43,657 nt of DNA from an uncultured Collinsella sp. (GCA_902494135.1 CABUSE010000001.1:1-43657); one strand, 5' to 3'; positions 8,559 through 18,362 are shown, numbered from the stretch's first letter. Translations and numbers: made by a program. The notes: generated by a model from the letters alone, not told the origin.

Positions 8559-9335
8559 ATGAGGATCGATTCACGAAAACCGAAAGCCGCCGCCCTTTCC
8601 GCCGCTCTGACCGTGGCGCTTTTGGCGGGCGCCGGCGCAACCGATGCCCACGCGGTAACACTGTCCGACACGGTCGGATCCACGCCGTCCGAGGCGACGC
8701 TGATGCAGCCCGTCGACTATCGCGGCGACGGCTTTGGCTCCATGCAGGAGTGGAACGCCTCTATGGGGGCCAAGCGCGATTCCCTAGAGGTTCGCGCCCA
8801 GATCATCATGAACATGTACGGTGACTATGCCACCGATGACGAGCGCGCTGTACTGCAGGGTTGTATCGACGGTGCGGGCAGTCTTTTGACGATGGAGGAG
8901 GTCGACGCGAAGTCAGCCGAGCTCGACGAGCTTCGCTCCACGCTCGAGGATGCTAAGCGCGAGGCACTCGAGGCTGCGGCCGCTGAGGCAGAAGCTGCCG
9001 AGGCCGCCCAGGCGTCATATGGCAACGCAGGCTACGTCCCGTCCTATACGGCGGCTGCGTATTACGCGAACGGCTCGGGCCTGACGCGCTCGAGCGGCGT
9101 CAATAACTATAACGGCCGCCGTGAGACCTATTACAGCAGCAACGTGTTGTATCACCACCGCACGGGCGAGTGGACTCAGGATTCCGAGGGCTTTTGGCGC
9201 GATTCCGATGGTTACTATGTCGTGGCCGCGGGCGATAAGGCTCAGGGCTCCACGTTTACCGGTTCCAAGGGCGAGTGCAAGGTCTATGACTCCGGCTGCG
9301 CAGCCGGAACCACCGACTACTATACCGGTTGGTAA
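8559..9335 (+). CDS. Secreted protein: signal peptide, coiled-coil region and C-terminal 3D/RlpA-like domain (putative cell-wall lytic or binding protein)
   Basis: Basic N-terminus plus hydrophobic stretch ending AHA; Ala/Glu helical region; C-terminal VVAAGD..GS....G.CKVYDSG...TTDYY; GGAGG RBS at 8543. Confidence 0.65.
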   Translation: MRIDSRKPKAAALSAALTVALLAGAGATDAHAVTLSDTVGSTPSEATLMQPVDYRGDGFGSMQEWNASMGAKRDSLEVRAQIIMNMYGDYATDDERAVLQGCIDGAGSLLTMEEVDAKSAELDELRSTLEDAKREALEAAAAEAEAAEAAQASYGNAGYVPSYTAAAYYANGSGLTRSSGVNNYNGRRETYYSSNVLYHHRTGEWTQDSEGFWRDSDGYYVVAAGDKAQGSTFTGSKGECKVYDSGCAAGTTDYYTGW

Positions 9336-9364
9336 TCTGCCGTAAGCCAATAGGACATGACGGG

Positions 9365-9412
9365 CGGGCGTCTTTACCGAGCCTTTGGGCAACGTAAGGG
9401 CGCCCGTTTTTT
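9365..9412 (+). terminator. Intrinsic terminator
   Basis: CGGGCGTCTTTAC / GTAAGGGCGCCCG followed by T6. Confidence 0.75.
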
Positions 9413-9522
9413 GTGCATGCTTGAGCTAACAGAGCGCTTACCGTGGCAGTACGCCGCGCATATGGGCGTGGGGCACACTAGTTCATGAGAAATAAGGTCT
9501 TTCTCGTGGAGGAAGTGGTCTT

Positions 9523-9729
9523 GTGAATGCTCGAGATATTGCCGTTGCCGCCGTCGCATTGGTGCTTGGTTGCCTTGGTCCTACGGCCGCGCTCATTGCG
9601 GGCATGCAGGGGTCATGCGGGGCTGCTCCAATCATGGTTGGTGCGCTGATCGCAGCCGCGCTGCTGGGAAGCGCGGGCGTGGTTCTTTGCCGCGATGACG
9701 AGGACGAGGTGCCGGAGTCGCAACGCTAA
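9523..9729 (+). CDS. Small two-helix membrane protein of unknown function
   Basis: GGAGG upstream of GTG; two hydrophobic segments and an acidic tail; followed by a terminator. Confidence 0.55.
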   Translation: MNARDIAVAAVALVLGCLGPTAALIAGMQGSCGAAPIMVGALIAAALLGSAGVVLCRDDEDEVPESQR

Positions 9730-9766
9730 CTGTTGTGAGATTGGCTGCCGGTCATAGACGAAGATA

Positions 9767-9805
9767 AAAGCCGCCGCAGGGGAAAGGCTCCCTTGCGGCG
9801 GCTTT
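9767..9805. terminator. Bidirectional terminator between convergent genes
   Basis: AAAGCCGCCGCAGGGGA / TCCCTTGCGGCGGCTTT. Confidence 0.75.
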
Positions 9806-9838
9806 GCTGTTAAGGCTGTTGAATGCGGCGCGTTGACG

Positions 9839-10753
9839 CTACCAGCTTTTCTCGATATCGCGGATGCGCCGATAGAGCCACTCGTTTTGCGGTGCCTGGA
9901 TATCGTGTTTGGCTGCGAGACGGCAGATGGTGCCCGCGAACTCATCAACCTCGGTTTTGCGCCTTGCGATGCGGTCTTGAGCCATCGAGGGCATACCGGC
10001 GGGGTCGATTCCCTCGATGAGGTGCACCATCTGCGTCAGATCTGCCTCAGTCAGCTCAATGCCCTCGGCGTTGGCGACCGCAAGCGTCTCTCGCATGGCA
10101 GAAACAAAGCAGCGACGCTGCTCGGAGCCCGGCTCCGTGGCGCTTCCGTAGGTCCCGCCGTAGGCCATACAGGCCTGGTTGATGCCGTCGTTGAGCATGA
10201 GTTTGGCCCACATGCGGTGCGCAATGTCGCTCTCGACGGTATGGGCGATACCACAGCGTGTGTAGAGCTCGTCGATGGCGGTGACGGTTGCGGGTTCGGT
10301 GCCTGCTGCCGCGCCAAAGCGAATCTCGCCCGCATTGGTAAAGGTGAGCGCGCCGTCGAGGAACACGGCATCCGTGCCCTGGCAAATACCAAGAACGGTA
10401 TGCTTCCAGCCAAAGCGCTCGGCAATCTTTTGCTCGCTCGTAATGCCGTTGCACAATGAGGCGATAAGCGTATTGGGCCCCACGACGCGCTCCATAGTCT
10501 TGAGTGCTTGGTCGAGTCCCGTCGTCTTGACCGTCAGGATGACCAGATCGGCGGGTATTGCCTCGCCGGCGCGGACGGAAGTGAGAGCGCAGGGCTCGCC
10601 GTTGACCGTAAGGGCGTCGCCTGCGTGACGCTCGAAACGTGCGTCGTCCATAATGTATTCGACGGCATCGTTACCGAGCGTCTTGGCAATCATGCTGCCA
10701 TAGAGTAGGCCGACGCCGCCCTTGCCGATAAAGGCAACCTTGTTGATCTGCAC
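9839..10753 (-). CDS. panE: Ketopantoate reductase family protein
   Basis: FIGKGGVG, DLVILTVK, SLCNGI, MWAKLMLN and PSMAQD..ARRKTEVD; GAGGAG RBS before GTG 10753. The ORF-track start at 11068 is over-extended. Confidence 0.85.
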   Translation of the reverse strand: MQINKVAFIGKGGVGLLYGSMIAKTLGNDAVEYIMDDARFERHAGDALTVNGEPCALTSVRAGEAIPADLVILTVKTTGLDQALKTMERVVGPNTLIASLCNGITSEQKIAERFGWKHTVLGICQGTDAVFLDGALTFTNAGEIRFGAAAGTEPATVTAIDELYTRCGIAHTVESDIAHRMWAKLMLNDGINQACMAYGGTYGSATEPGSEQRRCFVSAMRETLAVANAEGIELTEADLTQMVHLIEGIDPAGMPSMAQDRIARRKTEVDEFAGTICRLAAKHDIQAPQNEWLYRRIRDIEKSW

Positions 10754-10869
10754 GTGAATCATCTCCTCACAAAAAGGCGCCCGCATATGGGGCGCCTGAT
10801 GGATTGTATGTCGCTGGAGCATGTAGCGTGCACCGGAGGCGGAATTTAGAAGAACAAACGCATGGGAAC

Positions 10870-11064
10870 TTATGCCGCGGGGCAGATGGCAAAAACGCGT
10901 GCGGGATATCCAACGCCATCGCGCACCTTGGGGAAGGTGCAGAAGACGACGGCGCCTGTGGCGGGAAGCTCGTCCAGATGGTCCATGACCTCGATCTGGT
11001 AACGATCGACCGAGAGGATGTATTGCTCGCCGGGATAGGGGTAGGCGTCCTCGCGCGTCTCCTT
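10870..11064 (-). pseudogene. C-terminal remnant of a cyclase-family (kynurenine formamidase-like) gene
   Basis: Manual translation ...YPGEQYILSVDRYQIEVMDHLDELPATGAVVFCTFPKVRDGVGYPARVFAICPAA*; in-frame TGA immediately upstream and no 5' portion. Confidence 0.7.
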
Positions 11065-11214
11065 TCATCGGGCTTTTTGCTGATGTTAAAGCGGTGCCGT
11101 GACAGCTCGATTTCTGCTGCGTTACGATACATTCTCGATTGCGATTCCACGATGTTTCGGCCGCGTGACCGTTGCGTTTCGCCTTGCCGAGCGCTGATGG
11201 CGAAGGGAGGGTCC

Positions 11215-12405
11215 GTGCAATACCGCGTTGACCCCAAAAGTGGTAACCGAATATCCGCTCTGGGTCTGGGCTGCATGAGATTTCCCGGTGCGCCGGGACA
11301 CCCCGATGCGAAGACAGCCGATGCGATCATTTCCCGTGCGGTGGAGCAGGGGATTAATTATCTGGATACCGCGTATCTCTATCCCGGTAACGAGGTGTGC
11401 GTGGGCGCCTCACTTGAGCGTTTGGGGCTGCGCGACCGGGTGTTGCTGGCGACTAAGTTGCCGCACGCTTCGTGCAAGTGCGCGGAGGATTTCGACCGGT
11501 TCTTCGACGAGCAACTGCGCCGCCTGCGGACCGACCATATCGACTATTACCTTATGCACAACATCACCTCGCCCGCCCAGTGGGAACGTGTGGTGGCGTT
11601 GGGCATCGAGGACTGGATTGCGCACCAAAAGGCGACGGGGCGCATTCGCCAGATTGGCTTTTCGTATCACGGCAGCGCGGCGGATTTCCTGACGATGCTT
11701 GACGCATATGACTGGGATTTTTGCCAGATCCAGTACAACTATGCCGGCGAGCGTTACCAAGCGGGAACGGCAGGGCTCATGGCGGCTGCGGAGCGCGGGC
11801 TCGCGGTGTTTGTGATGGAGCCGCTGCTGGGCGGGCGTTTAGCAGGCAAGCTGCCGCCGCGGGCCCGCGCTGTGCTCGATGACGTACGCGATCCGTACCT
11901 GAAGACGCCGGCTGCTTGGGGCCTTTCGTGGGTGTGGAACCATCCTCAAGTCACGATGCTGCTTTCGGGCATGGCCGATACCGCGCAGGTGGATGAGAAC
12001 GCGGCGTTGGCCGACCGGGCCCTGCCGGATTCGATGACAGCTACTCAGCTCGATGCCATCGCACGCGTGCTGACGGAGTTTGAAAAATCGAATCGTGTGC
12101 CCTGCACGGGATGCGGCTATTGCATGCCGTGTCCTAAAGGCATCAATATTCCTGGATGTTTTGCCGCCTACAACGCAAGCTATGCGCACAGCTGGTTTAC
12201 GGGTCTATCGCAGTACTTTACGGCGAGCGCGGTGCGCACGGGCGAGCCCAAGTTGGTGAGCAATTGCGTCAAATGCGGCAAATGCGCGCGGCACTGCCCG
12301 CAACACATCGATATCCCCGGGCGCTTGGACGACGTACGCCGCCGTTTTCAGCCTGGCCCCGTGAAGGCGGTGCTTAAGGCCTTCGGCAAAACGCGCTCCT
12401 CATGA
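11215..12405 (+). CDS. Aldo/keto reductase with C-terminal 4Fe-4S dicluster domain
   Basis: LGLGCMRFP, GINYLDTAYLY, ATKLP, VMEPLLGG, CTGCGYCMPCP and CVKCGKCARHCP; GGGAGG RBS before GTG 11215. Confidence 0.9.
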   Translation: MQYRVDPKSGNRISALGLGCMRFPGAPGHPDAKTADAIISRAVEQGINYLDTAYLYPGNEVCVGASLERLGLRDRVLLATKLPHASCKCAEDFDRFFDEQLRRLRTDHIDYYLMHNITSPAQWERVVALGIEDWIAHQKATGRIRQIGFSYHGSAADFLTMLDAYDWDFCQIQYNYAGERYQAGTAGLMAAAERGLAVFVMEPLLGGRLAGKLPPRARAVLDDVRDPYLKTPAAWGLSWVWNHPQVTMLLSGMADTAQVDENAALADRALPDSMTATQLDAIARVLTEFEKSNRVPCTGCGYCMPCPKGINIPGCFAAYNASYAHSWFTGLSQYFTASAVRTGEPKLVSNCVKCGKCARHCPQHIDIPGRLDDVRRRFQPGPVKAVLKAFGKTRSS

Positions 12406-12490
12406 CCCTTTTATAACTTGCGGTGGAATAGTTCCTGTTTGCGGCAGAATAAGGCATCGACAGGAACTATTCCACCGCAACTGAAGGGGG
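12406..12490 (+). repeat. Palindromic intergenic repeat, copy 1
   Basis: TTGCGGTGGAATAGTTCCTGT, 21-nt spacer, ACAGGAACTATTCCACCGCAA (perfect 21-bp arms); homologous to 13566-13652. Confidence 0.85.
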
Positions 12491-12495
12491 CTGTC

Positions 12496-13515
12496 GTGGG
12501 CCATCGGGATTCATGGGATGATTTGCGCGAGGTTCGTTGGGGCGTTTTGGGCGCTGGGCGCATTTCGCATCGATTTGCATCGTCGCTCAAAGAGGTGGAT
12601 GGGGCACGGCTTGTGGCTGCCGCCGGTCGCACTCCTTCGCATGTTGAGGAGTTTTGCAGGGCGTTTTCGATTGATGCCGCGCACAGTTATGCCACGGCTG
12701 ACGATAGCGGCGATGCGGCTTATGATGCGCTGATTGCCGACCCCGATGTCGACGCAATCTACTTGGCTCTTCCACATGGCATGCATGCGCATTGGGCCTG
12801 TCGGGCACTGCGCGCGAGAAAGGCCGTACTGTGCGAAAAGCCGGCCGTTTTGAATGAAGAAGAGGCCCATACGATCGTCTCCGTTTCCCGTGAGTGCGGT
12901 GTGCCGTTTATGGAGGCGATGAAAAATCGGTTTTGTCCGATGCATACTCGCGTGAAGGGCTTGCTTGCGTCGGGCGAGCTCGGCCGTATCGTCTCGATCG
13001 AAAGCGTGCAAAAACTCGATTATGGTGAGCCCCCTTCGAGTTATCTGCTCGATCCGTTGCAGGGTGGCTGTCTATATGACATGGGCTGTTATGCGGTCGG
13101 GTGGTTTGAGGATCTGCTTGCGGGCGCGTGCGATGTTTCGTCCCGTGAAGTTCGCTGGCGTGACGTATCGGGCGGCCGCGTGGATTGGGCCGATGAGATC
13201 CATATGAGTGTCGGCGGCATACCCATTCATATGGTGTGCGACGGCAAAGCAGCATATGAAAGCCGCTTAACGATTGCCTGCGAGCGGGGTTCGTTGGAAA
13301 TCGAGCGCCTCCATCGCCCCGAGCTCGCCCATGTGAAGTACTCCGACGGTCGAGTGCTCGACATCGACGCCCCGTTTGAGGTGGATGATTTCTACGGCGA
13401 AATCCAGCATGCGACCCAGCTCATCCGGGCGGGGAAACTCGAGAGTCCCGTCATGCCCCTTGCCGCCACACAGCGCTGCGCGCAGATCATCGATGCGATT
13501 CGCTTGACGCTCTAG
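12496..13515 (+). CDS. Gfo/Idh/MocA-family oxidoreductase
   Basis: WGVLGAGRI, DAIYLALPH, VLCEKP and GGCLYDMGCY motifs. Confidence 0.88.
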   Translation: MGHRDSWDDLREVRWGVLGAGRISHRFASSLKEVDGARLVAAAGRTPSHVEEFCRAFSIDAAHSYATADDSGDAAYDALIADPDVDAIYLALPHGMHAHWACRALRARKAVLCEKPAVLNEEEAHTIVSVSRECGVPFMEAMKNRFCPMHTRVKGLLASGELGRIVSIESVQKLDYGEPPSSYLLDPLQGGCLYDMGCYAVGWFEDLLAGACDVSSREVRWRDVSGGRVDWADEIHMSVGGIPIHMVCDGKAAYESRLTIACERGSLEIERLHRPELAHVKYSDGRVLDIDAPFEVDDFYGEIQHATQLIRAGKLESPVMPLAATQRCAQIIDAIRLTL

Positions 13516-13565
13516 GCTGCGATGCTGGTGCTCAAGGGGGGCTCGGCGGACCGTGCCCCTGATGC

Positions 13566-13652
13566 CCCTTTTATAACTTGCGGTGGAATACGGTCTGTTT
13601 GCGCCAAAATAAGGCACCATTAGACCGTATTTCACCGCAACTGATGAGGGGG
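13566..13652 (+). repeat. Palindromic intergenic repeat, copy 2
   Basis: TTGCGGTGGAATACGGTCTG...TAGACCGTATTTCACCGCAA; offset exactly 1160 bp from copy 1. Confidence 0.85.
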
Positions 13653-13660
13653 AGCTGGGG

Positions 13661-14527
13661 ATGCTGACGATCGGGTGTCACCTATCAACGACGAAGGGCT
13701 ATCGGGCGATGGGGGAGACGGCGCTGTCCATTGGTGCCAATACCTTTGCATTCTTTACGCGCAACCCGCGTGGCGGCAAGGCGAAAGACCTTGACATGGA
13801 TGACGTGGCGGCTCTGCGCGAGCTTATGGAGCAAAACGACTTTGGCCCGCTCGTGGCTCATGCCCCGTATACCTATAACCCCTGCTCGGCCAAAGAGCGG
13901 GCGCGCGAGTTTGCCCTGGAGGCCATGGCGGAGGACCTGCGGCGCATGGAGGCGCTGCCCGGCAACTACTACAACTTCCATCCCGGTGCGCATGTGGGAC
14001 AGGGCCCCGACGCCGGTATTCAGATGATCGTCGACACCCTGTGCCAGGTGATGTTTGAGGGCCAGCAGACGACGGTGCTGCTCGAGACCATGGCCGGCAA
14101 GGGCACCGAGGTGGGACGCAGCTTTGAGGAGCTGGCGCTCATCATCGAGGGCGTTGTCGCCAAGTGCCCAGAGCTGTCCGATAAGCTGGGCGTTTGTTTG
14201 GACACCTGCCATGTGAGCGATGCCGGCTACGACATCGTCCACGATCTTGACGGTGTGCTTGACGAGTTCAATCGTGTGGTGGGTATCGAGCGCCTACGCG
14301 CCGTGCATATCAATGACTCCAAGAATCCCTGCGGCGCCCATAAGGACCGCCACGAATGCATCGGTAAGGGCTATCTGGGTAGTGAAGAGTTTGGCGGCGG
14401 TATGCAGGTTATGCAGAATATTGTATCGAATGACCGCTTGCGTACATTGCCATTTATTTTGGAGACACCGAACGAACTTGCAGGTTATGCGGCTGAAATC
14501 AAACTGTTAAGATCATTGCAGCAGTAA
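13661..14527 (+). CDS. nfo: Endonuclease IV
   Basis: [47 protein letters not shown] and ILETP motifs. Confidence 0.95.
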   Translation: MLTIGCHLSTTKGYRAMGETALSIGANTFAFFTRNPRGGKAKDLDMDDVAALRELMEQNDFGPLVAHAPYTYNPCSAKERAREFALEAMAEDLRRMEALPGNYYNFHPGAHVGQGPDAGIQMIVDTLCQVMFEGQQTTVLLETMAGKGTEVGRSFEELALIIEGVVAKCPELSDKLGVCLDTCHVSDAGYDIVHDLDGVLDEFNRVVGIERLRAVHINDSKNPCGAHKDRHECIGKGYLGSEEFGGGMQVMQNIVSNDRLRTLPFILETPNELAGYAAEIKLLRSLQQ

Positions 14528-14674
14528 TGACTGTCATAAAGTGGAGTGCTCCATTCACGTTATGGGTTTGTTTCAATCAGTTTTCTAATTGCGGATTCTT
14601 CAAAGCGGGTGCATAATAACCCTCAGTTTTTGCAGACCCCTGAATCACGTGGGGTCATTGGAAGGAGACTGATT

Positions 14675-15535
14675 ATGAAGCTGAAGAAGCTTGGCGCATT
14701 TGCCGCCACGGGTGCTATGGCGCTCGCCCTTGCTCTGACGGGCTGCGGCTCGTCCAACGCCGCCTCTGGTTCTGATGCCAGTTCCAGCAGCTCTGACGAC
14801 GCTAAGGTCGAGAAGGTCGACGGCTCCAAGGAGTACGCGCTCGTCAAGGACGGTACGCTGACCGTCGGCACCTCTGCCGAGTACGCTCCGTTTGAGTACA
14901 AGGATGACAATGGCGACTACCAGGGCTTTGACCTTGAACTCATTAAGGCTATCGGCGATAAGCTGGGTCTGGATGTCGAGTACGTCAATAACGACTTCGA
15001 CACGCTGGTCCCGGGTGTCGCGTCGGGCGCCAAGTATGACGTCGCCATCGCGGCTATCACCGACACGCCCGAGCGTGAGAAGGAAGTCACTTTCTCCGAT
15101 TCCTACTACATGGACGATCAGGCTATCGTGACCAAGGTCGATAACACCGACATCACGGCCGATAACTTCAGCGAGAAGCTCAACAACGCCGACGCTACCA
15201 TCATCGTCCAGTCCGGCTCGACCGCCGAGGCCTTTGCCCAGGAGAACTTCCCCAAGGCCAAGATCGTTCCCTACAAGGACGCCACTGAGTGCTTCAGCGC
15301 CCTGCAGTCCGATAAGGGCGACGCCGTAGTCACCAACCGCTCCGTTGCCAGCCAGCTGACTGCCGAGCAGTTCAACAGCTGCCAGACCATCAAGCAGATC
15401 AGCACCGGCGAGGAGTACGCCATCGCCATCAACCAGGGCAATACCAAGCTCAAGGACGACATCAACCAGGCCATCAAGGACCTGACCGACGACGGTACCG
15501 TCGACGCCCTCATGGCTAAGTACAACATCAAGTAA
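14675..15535 (+). CDS. Polar amino-acid ABC transporter substrate-binding lipoprotein (family 3)
   Basis: Lipobox LTGC; VGTSAEYAPFEY, GFDLEL and ITDTPER; AAGGAG RBS. Confidence 0.9.
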   Translation: MKLKKLGAFAATGAMALALALTGCGSSNAASGSDASSSSSDDAKVEKVDGSKEYALVKDGTLTVGTSAEYAPFEYKDDNGDYQGFDLELIKAIGDKLGLDVEYVNNDFDTLVPGVASGAKYDVAIAAITDTPEREKEVTFSDSYYMDDQAIVTKVDNTDITADNFSEKLNNADATIIVQSGSTAEAFAQENFPKAKIVPYKDATECFSALQSDKGDAVVTNRSVASQLTAEQFNSCQTIKQISTGEEYAIAINQGNTKLKDDINQAIKDLTDDGTVDALMAKYNIK

Positions 15536-15652
15536 AATAGCTACTTGATTGCGCGCGGGCCCTTTCCGTTTTGCGGAGAGGGCCTTTGCGCTTCTCTTGA
15601 CGGAGAGTGTTTCCGTCTCGTTTTGCCGGCAACTTCTACGATAGGAGCCACC

Positions 15653-17014
15653 TTGTCTCGACTGAACAAAGGGGCCGCGGAGCAGCGTTTTTCACTGCCC
15701 GCCTTGCTCCAAAAGCTAGCCTGCGTCATGGCCGTGGCGCTCGCGCTGGTGTGCGCGGGGGCATATGCGCCCACGACCGCCCAGGCGCTTGAGACCGCAA
15801 AGATTACCGCCCGACCCAACACTGGTTCGGGCAGCGCTGTGGTCGGCGGCACCGAGACGCGCATTACCTGGGAGGTTCAGGCCGATACCGACGAGGAGCT
15901 GAGCGGTCTTTCGCTGACGTTTGTCGACGGCACGACGTTTGGTACCGATGACACGCGATTGACGATGCTCTCGGGCGAGGACCTCATGGATCGTACGCCC
16001 ATGAAGCCCACGTGCAAGACCGACGGCCAGACGCTCAAGATCGACTTTGGCGAGACGGCGCCTGCCGGCGGCTTTTTCCGTGTCGAGGTTTATGGCGTGA
16101 CGTTTCCCGTCGAGGGCGGCGAAGAGGCCTTTAGCGGCACCTATACGCTCGCCGACGGTTCGACCAAGAAGATTTCCAAGATTCCTTCCGTCGAGATTAA
16201 GGGCGTGACGGCCTTCGATAACTTCCTGGCCGATCTTAAGGAGCAGCCGTGGGTCGAGGCCTGGAACTCCAATATGTTCCTGCGCCTGTTCTTGAACCCG
16301 GTCATTTTGGTCCAGAGCCTGCCGATCGTCTTTAAGGGCTTCCTTATGTCGCTCTCGATCGTGCTTGTGGCGTTTCCGCTGGCGATTCCCTTTGGCTTCG
16401 CCCTGTCGCTCATGCGTATCTCCAAGTCGCGCATCCTGCGTTGCCTTGCGGGCATCTACGTGAATGTCATCCGCGGTACGCCGGCGTTCCTGCAGATCTA
16501 TATTGCATTCTTTGGCCTGCCGCTTGCCGGTGTCAAGGTGGATGACTACGTCTTGGGCGTTATCGTCATGGCCATGAACTCGTCTGCGTACCTGTGCGAG
16601 ATCTTCCGTGCCGGTATTCAATCGATCCCCAAGGGCCAAAACGAGGCTGCTCGCTCGCTGGGCATGAATGCCTTCCAGACGCTGCTCTACGTTATGATTC
16701 CGCAGACGTTCCGCAATGTTTTGCCTACGCTGACCAGCGAGTTTATCCTGCTTTACAAGGATACGTCGCTGCTCGCTGCCGTGGGCGTGGTCGAGATCGT
16801 CATGAACGCCCGCACCATCGTGGCAACGACGGGCTCCATTACGCCGTATGTGGTTGCCGCCCTGTTCTATCTGATCATTACCCTGCCGCTTGCGCGCTTG
16901 GTGAGCGGTCTTGAGGCGAGGCTGCTGGGTACGGCCGAAACCAAAAAGAAGCGTCCCACCAAGAGCGCCGGACAGGTTGTCGCGACGCCCGCCGACCATA
17001 TCGCTGGTCTGTAA
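15653..17014 (+). CDS. Amino-acid ABC permease with extra N-terminal extracytoplasmic domain
   Basis: IRGTP and EAA loop (EIFRAGIQSIPKGQNEAARSLG); TTG start after AGGAG; signal peptide ending AQA. Confidence 0.85.
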   Translation: MSRLNKGAAEQRFSLPALLQKLACVMAVALALVCAGAYAPTTAQALETAKITARPNTGSGSAVVGGTETRITWEVQADTDEELSGLSLTFVDGTTFGTDDTRLTMLSGEDLMDRTPMKPTCKTDGQTLKIDFGETAPAGGFFRVEVYGVTFPVEGGEEAFSGTYTLADGSTKKISKIPSVEIKGVTAFDNFLADLKEQPWVEAWNSNMFLRLFLNPVILVQSLPIVFKGFLMSLSIVLVAFPLAIPFGFALSLMRISKSRILRCLAGIYVNVIRGTPAFLQIYIAFFGLPLAGVKVDDYVLGVIVMAMNSSAYLCEIFRAGIQSIPKGQNEAARSLGMNAFQTLLYVMIPQTFRNVLPTLTSEFILLYKDTSLLAAVGVVEIVMNARTIVATTGSITPYVVAALFYLIITLPLARLVSGLEARLLGTAETKKKRPTKSAGQVVATPADHIAGL

Positions 17015-17026
17015 GGAGGTTCTATT

Positions 17027-17779
17027 ATGAGCGAAACCAATAACTCGAACGAGGTCGTCGTCAGCATCAAGAATCTCCAGAAGGCCTTTGGCGATAACGT
17101 GGTCCTGCGCGACATCGATCTGGATGTGCACAAGGGTGAGGTCGTCGTGGTCCTGGGCCCCTCGGGCTCGGGTAAATCGACGATGCTCCGCTGCATTAAC
17201 CGTCTCGAGGAGCCCACGAGCGGTTCGATTGTCGTCGAGGGCGTGGATGTGTGCGCCAAGGGCGTTGACCTCAATAAGGTGCGTACGCACTTGGGCATGG
17301 TGTTTCAGCAGTTCAACCTGTTCCCGCACCTATCGGTCAAAAAGAACGTCATGCTCGCGCAGCAAAAGGTGCTCAAGCGCAGCAAGGAAGAGGCCGAGAA
17401 GATCGCCGTCGAGGAGCTCACCAAGGTCGGTCTGGCTGAGCGTATCGACTTTATGCCGAGCCAGCTGTCGGGCGGTCAGCAGCAGCGCGTGGCGATCGCC
17501 CGCGCCCTGTCGATGAACCCGCACGTGATGCTCTTTGATGAGGCCACGTCGGCACTCGATCCCGAGCTTGTCCGCGACGTGTTGGGGGTCATGCGCGACC
17601 TGGCGCGTGACGGCATGACCATGATCGTGGTGACGCACGAGATGGGCTTCGCCCGCGACGTCGCCGACCGCGTCGTCTTTATGGACGGCGGTGTTATCGT
17701 GGAAGATGGCACGCCGAGCGAGGTCTTCGACCATCCTAAGAGCGAGCGCACCAAGGCGTTCTTGGGCAATATCTCGTAG
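17027..17779 (+). CDS. Amino-acid ABC transporter ATP-binding protein (GlnQ-like)
   Basis: [35 protein letters not shown] and VTHEMGFA. Confidence 0.95.
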   Translation: MSETNNSNEVVVSIKNLQKAFGDNVVLRDIDLDVHKGEVVVVLGPSGSGKSTMLRCINRLEEPTSGSIVVEGVDVCAKGVDLNKVRTHLGMVFQQFNLFPHLSVKKNVMLAQQKVLKRSKEEAEKIAVEELTKVGLAERIDFMPSQLSGGQQQRVAIARALSMNPHVMLFDEATSALDPELVRDVLGVMRDLARDGMTMIVVTHEMGFARDVADRVVFMDGGVIVEDGTPSEVFDHPKSERTKAFLGNIS

Positions 17780-17804
17780 CCGCTTTATATGACTGACATA
17801 GCAG

Positions 17805-17840
17805 AAAACGGGAGCCGGATGTGATCCGGCTCCCGTTTTT
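17805..17840. terminator. Bidirectional terminator
   Basis: AAAACGGGAGCCGGAT / ATCCGGCTCCCGTTTT. Confidence 0.85.
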
Positions 17841-17896
17841 GTTGGGACGCGAATGTGTTTTGGTGCAGAGCGCGTTACGGGCGGAGCTCATTGCCG

Positions 17897-18316
17897 CTAG
17901 GCGAGCTCGGCTCCAAGGGCGCGGCAGGCCGCCTCGTCCTCATCGTCGGGGGCGTCGTAACAGATGGCGGAGTCGACCACGTTAACGCCCGCCTCGTCGG
18001 CATCCGCCTTCCAATTGTCCATCCACTCGCCCTCGGCCCACGAATAGGAACCAAAGAGGACGACCTTCTTGTCGCCGAGGGCTTCCTTGACCTCATCCCA
18101 CACGGGCTGGAACTCATCGTATTCAAGCTCCTCGGAGCCCATGGCGGGGCAGCCGAAGGCGAAGGCATCATAGTTGGCGGCCTTGTCGGCAGAGAAGTCG
18201 GCGCAGGGGATGACTTCGGCCTCGGCGCCCGCGGACGTGGTGCCTTCGGCGACAAAGTTTGCCATGGCCTCGGTGTTGCCCGTGCCGCTCCAATAGACGA
18301 CGGCGATCTTGCTCAT
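17897..18316 (-). CDS. Short-chain flavodoxin
   Basis: YWSGTGNTEAMA, GCPAMGSE and LFGSYSW; AAAGGA RBS. Confidence 0.93.
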   Translation of the reverse strand: MSKIAVVYWSGTGNTEAMANFVAEGTTSAGAEAEVIPCADFSADKAANYDAFAFGCPAMGSEELEYDEFQPVWDEVKEALGDKKVVLFGSYSWAEGEWMDNWKADADEAGVNVVDSAICYDAPDDEDEAACRALGAELA

Positions 18317-18362
18317 GTTGAGTCCTTTCGGTTGTGCGGCGTGCGGCCGCGGTTTGAATGCT

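Noticed and set aside
10804..11214. N-terminal extension of the aldo/keto reductase ORF
   Set aside because: It is antisense to the cyclase remnant; the RBS and family homology begin at GTG 11215.
12406..13652. Repeats considered as integron attC sites or a CRISPR array
   Set aside because: No GTTRRRY right end, no integrase or cas genes, only two copies, and they are separated by a full gene.
14609..14657. Possible ARG box and small hairpin upstream of the amino-acid ABC operon
   Set aside because: Only a half-site (TGCATAA) matches, so no regulator or substrate can be assigned.
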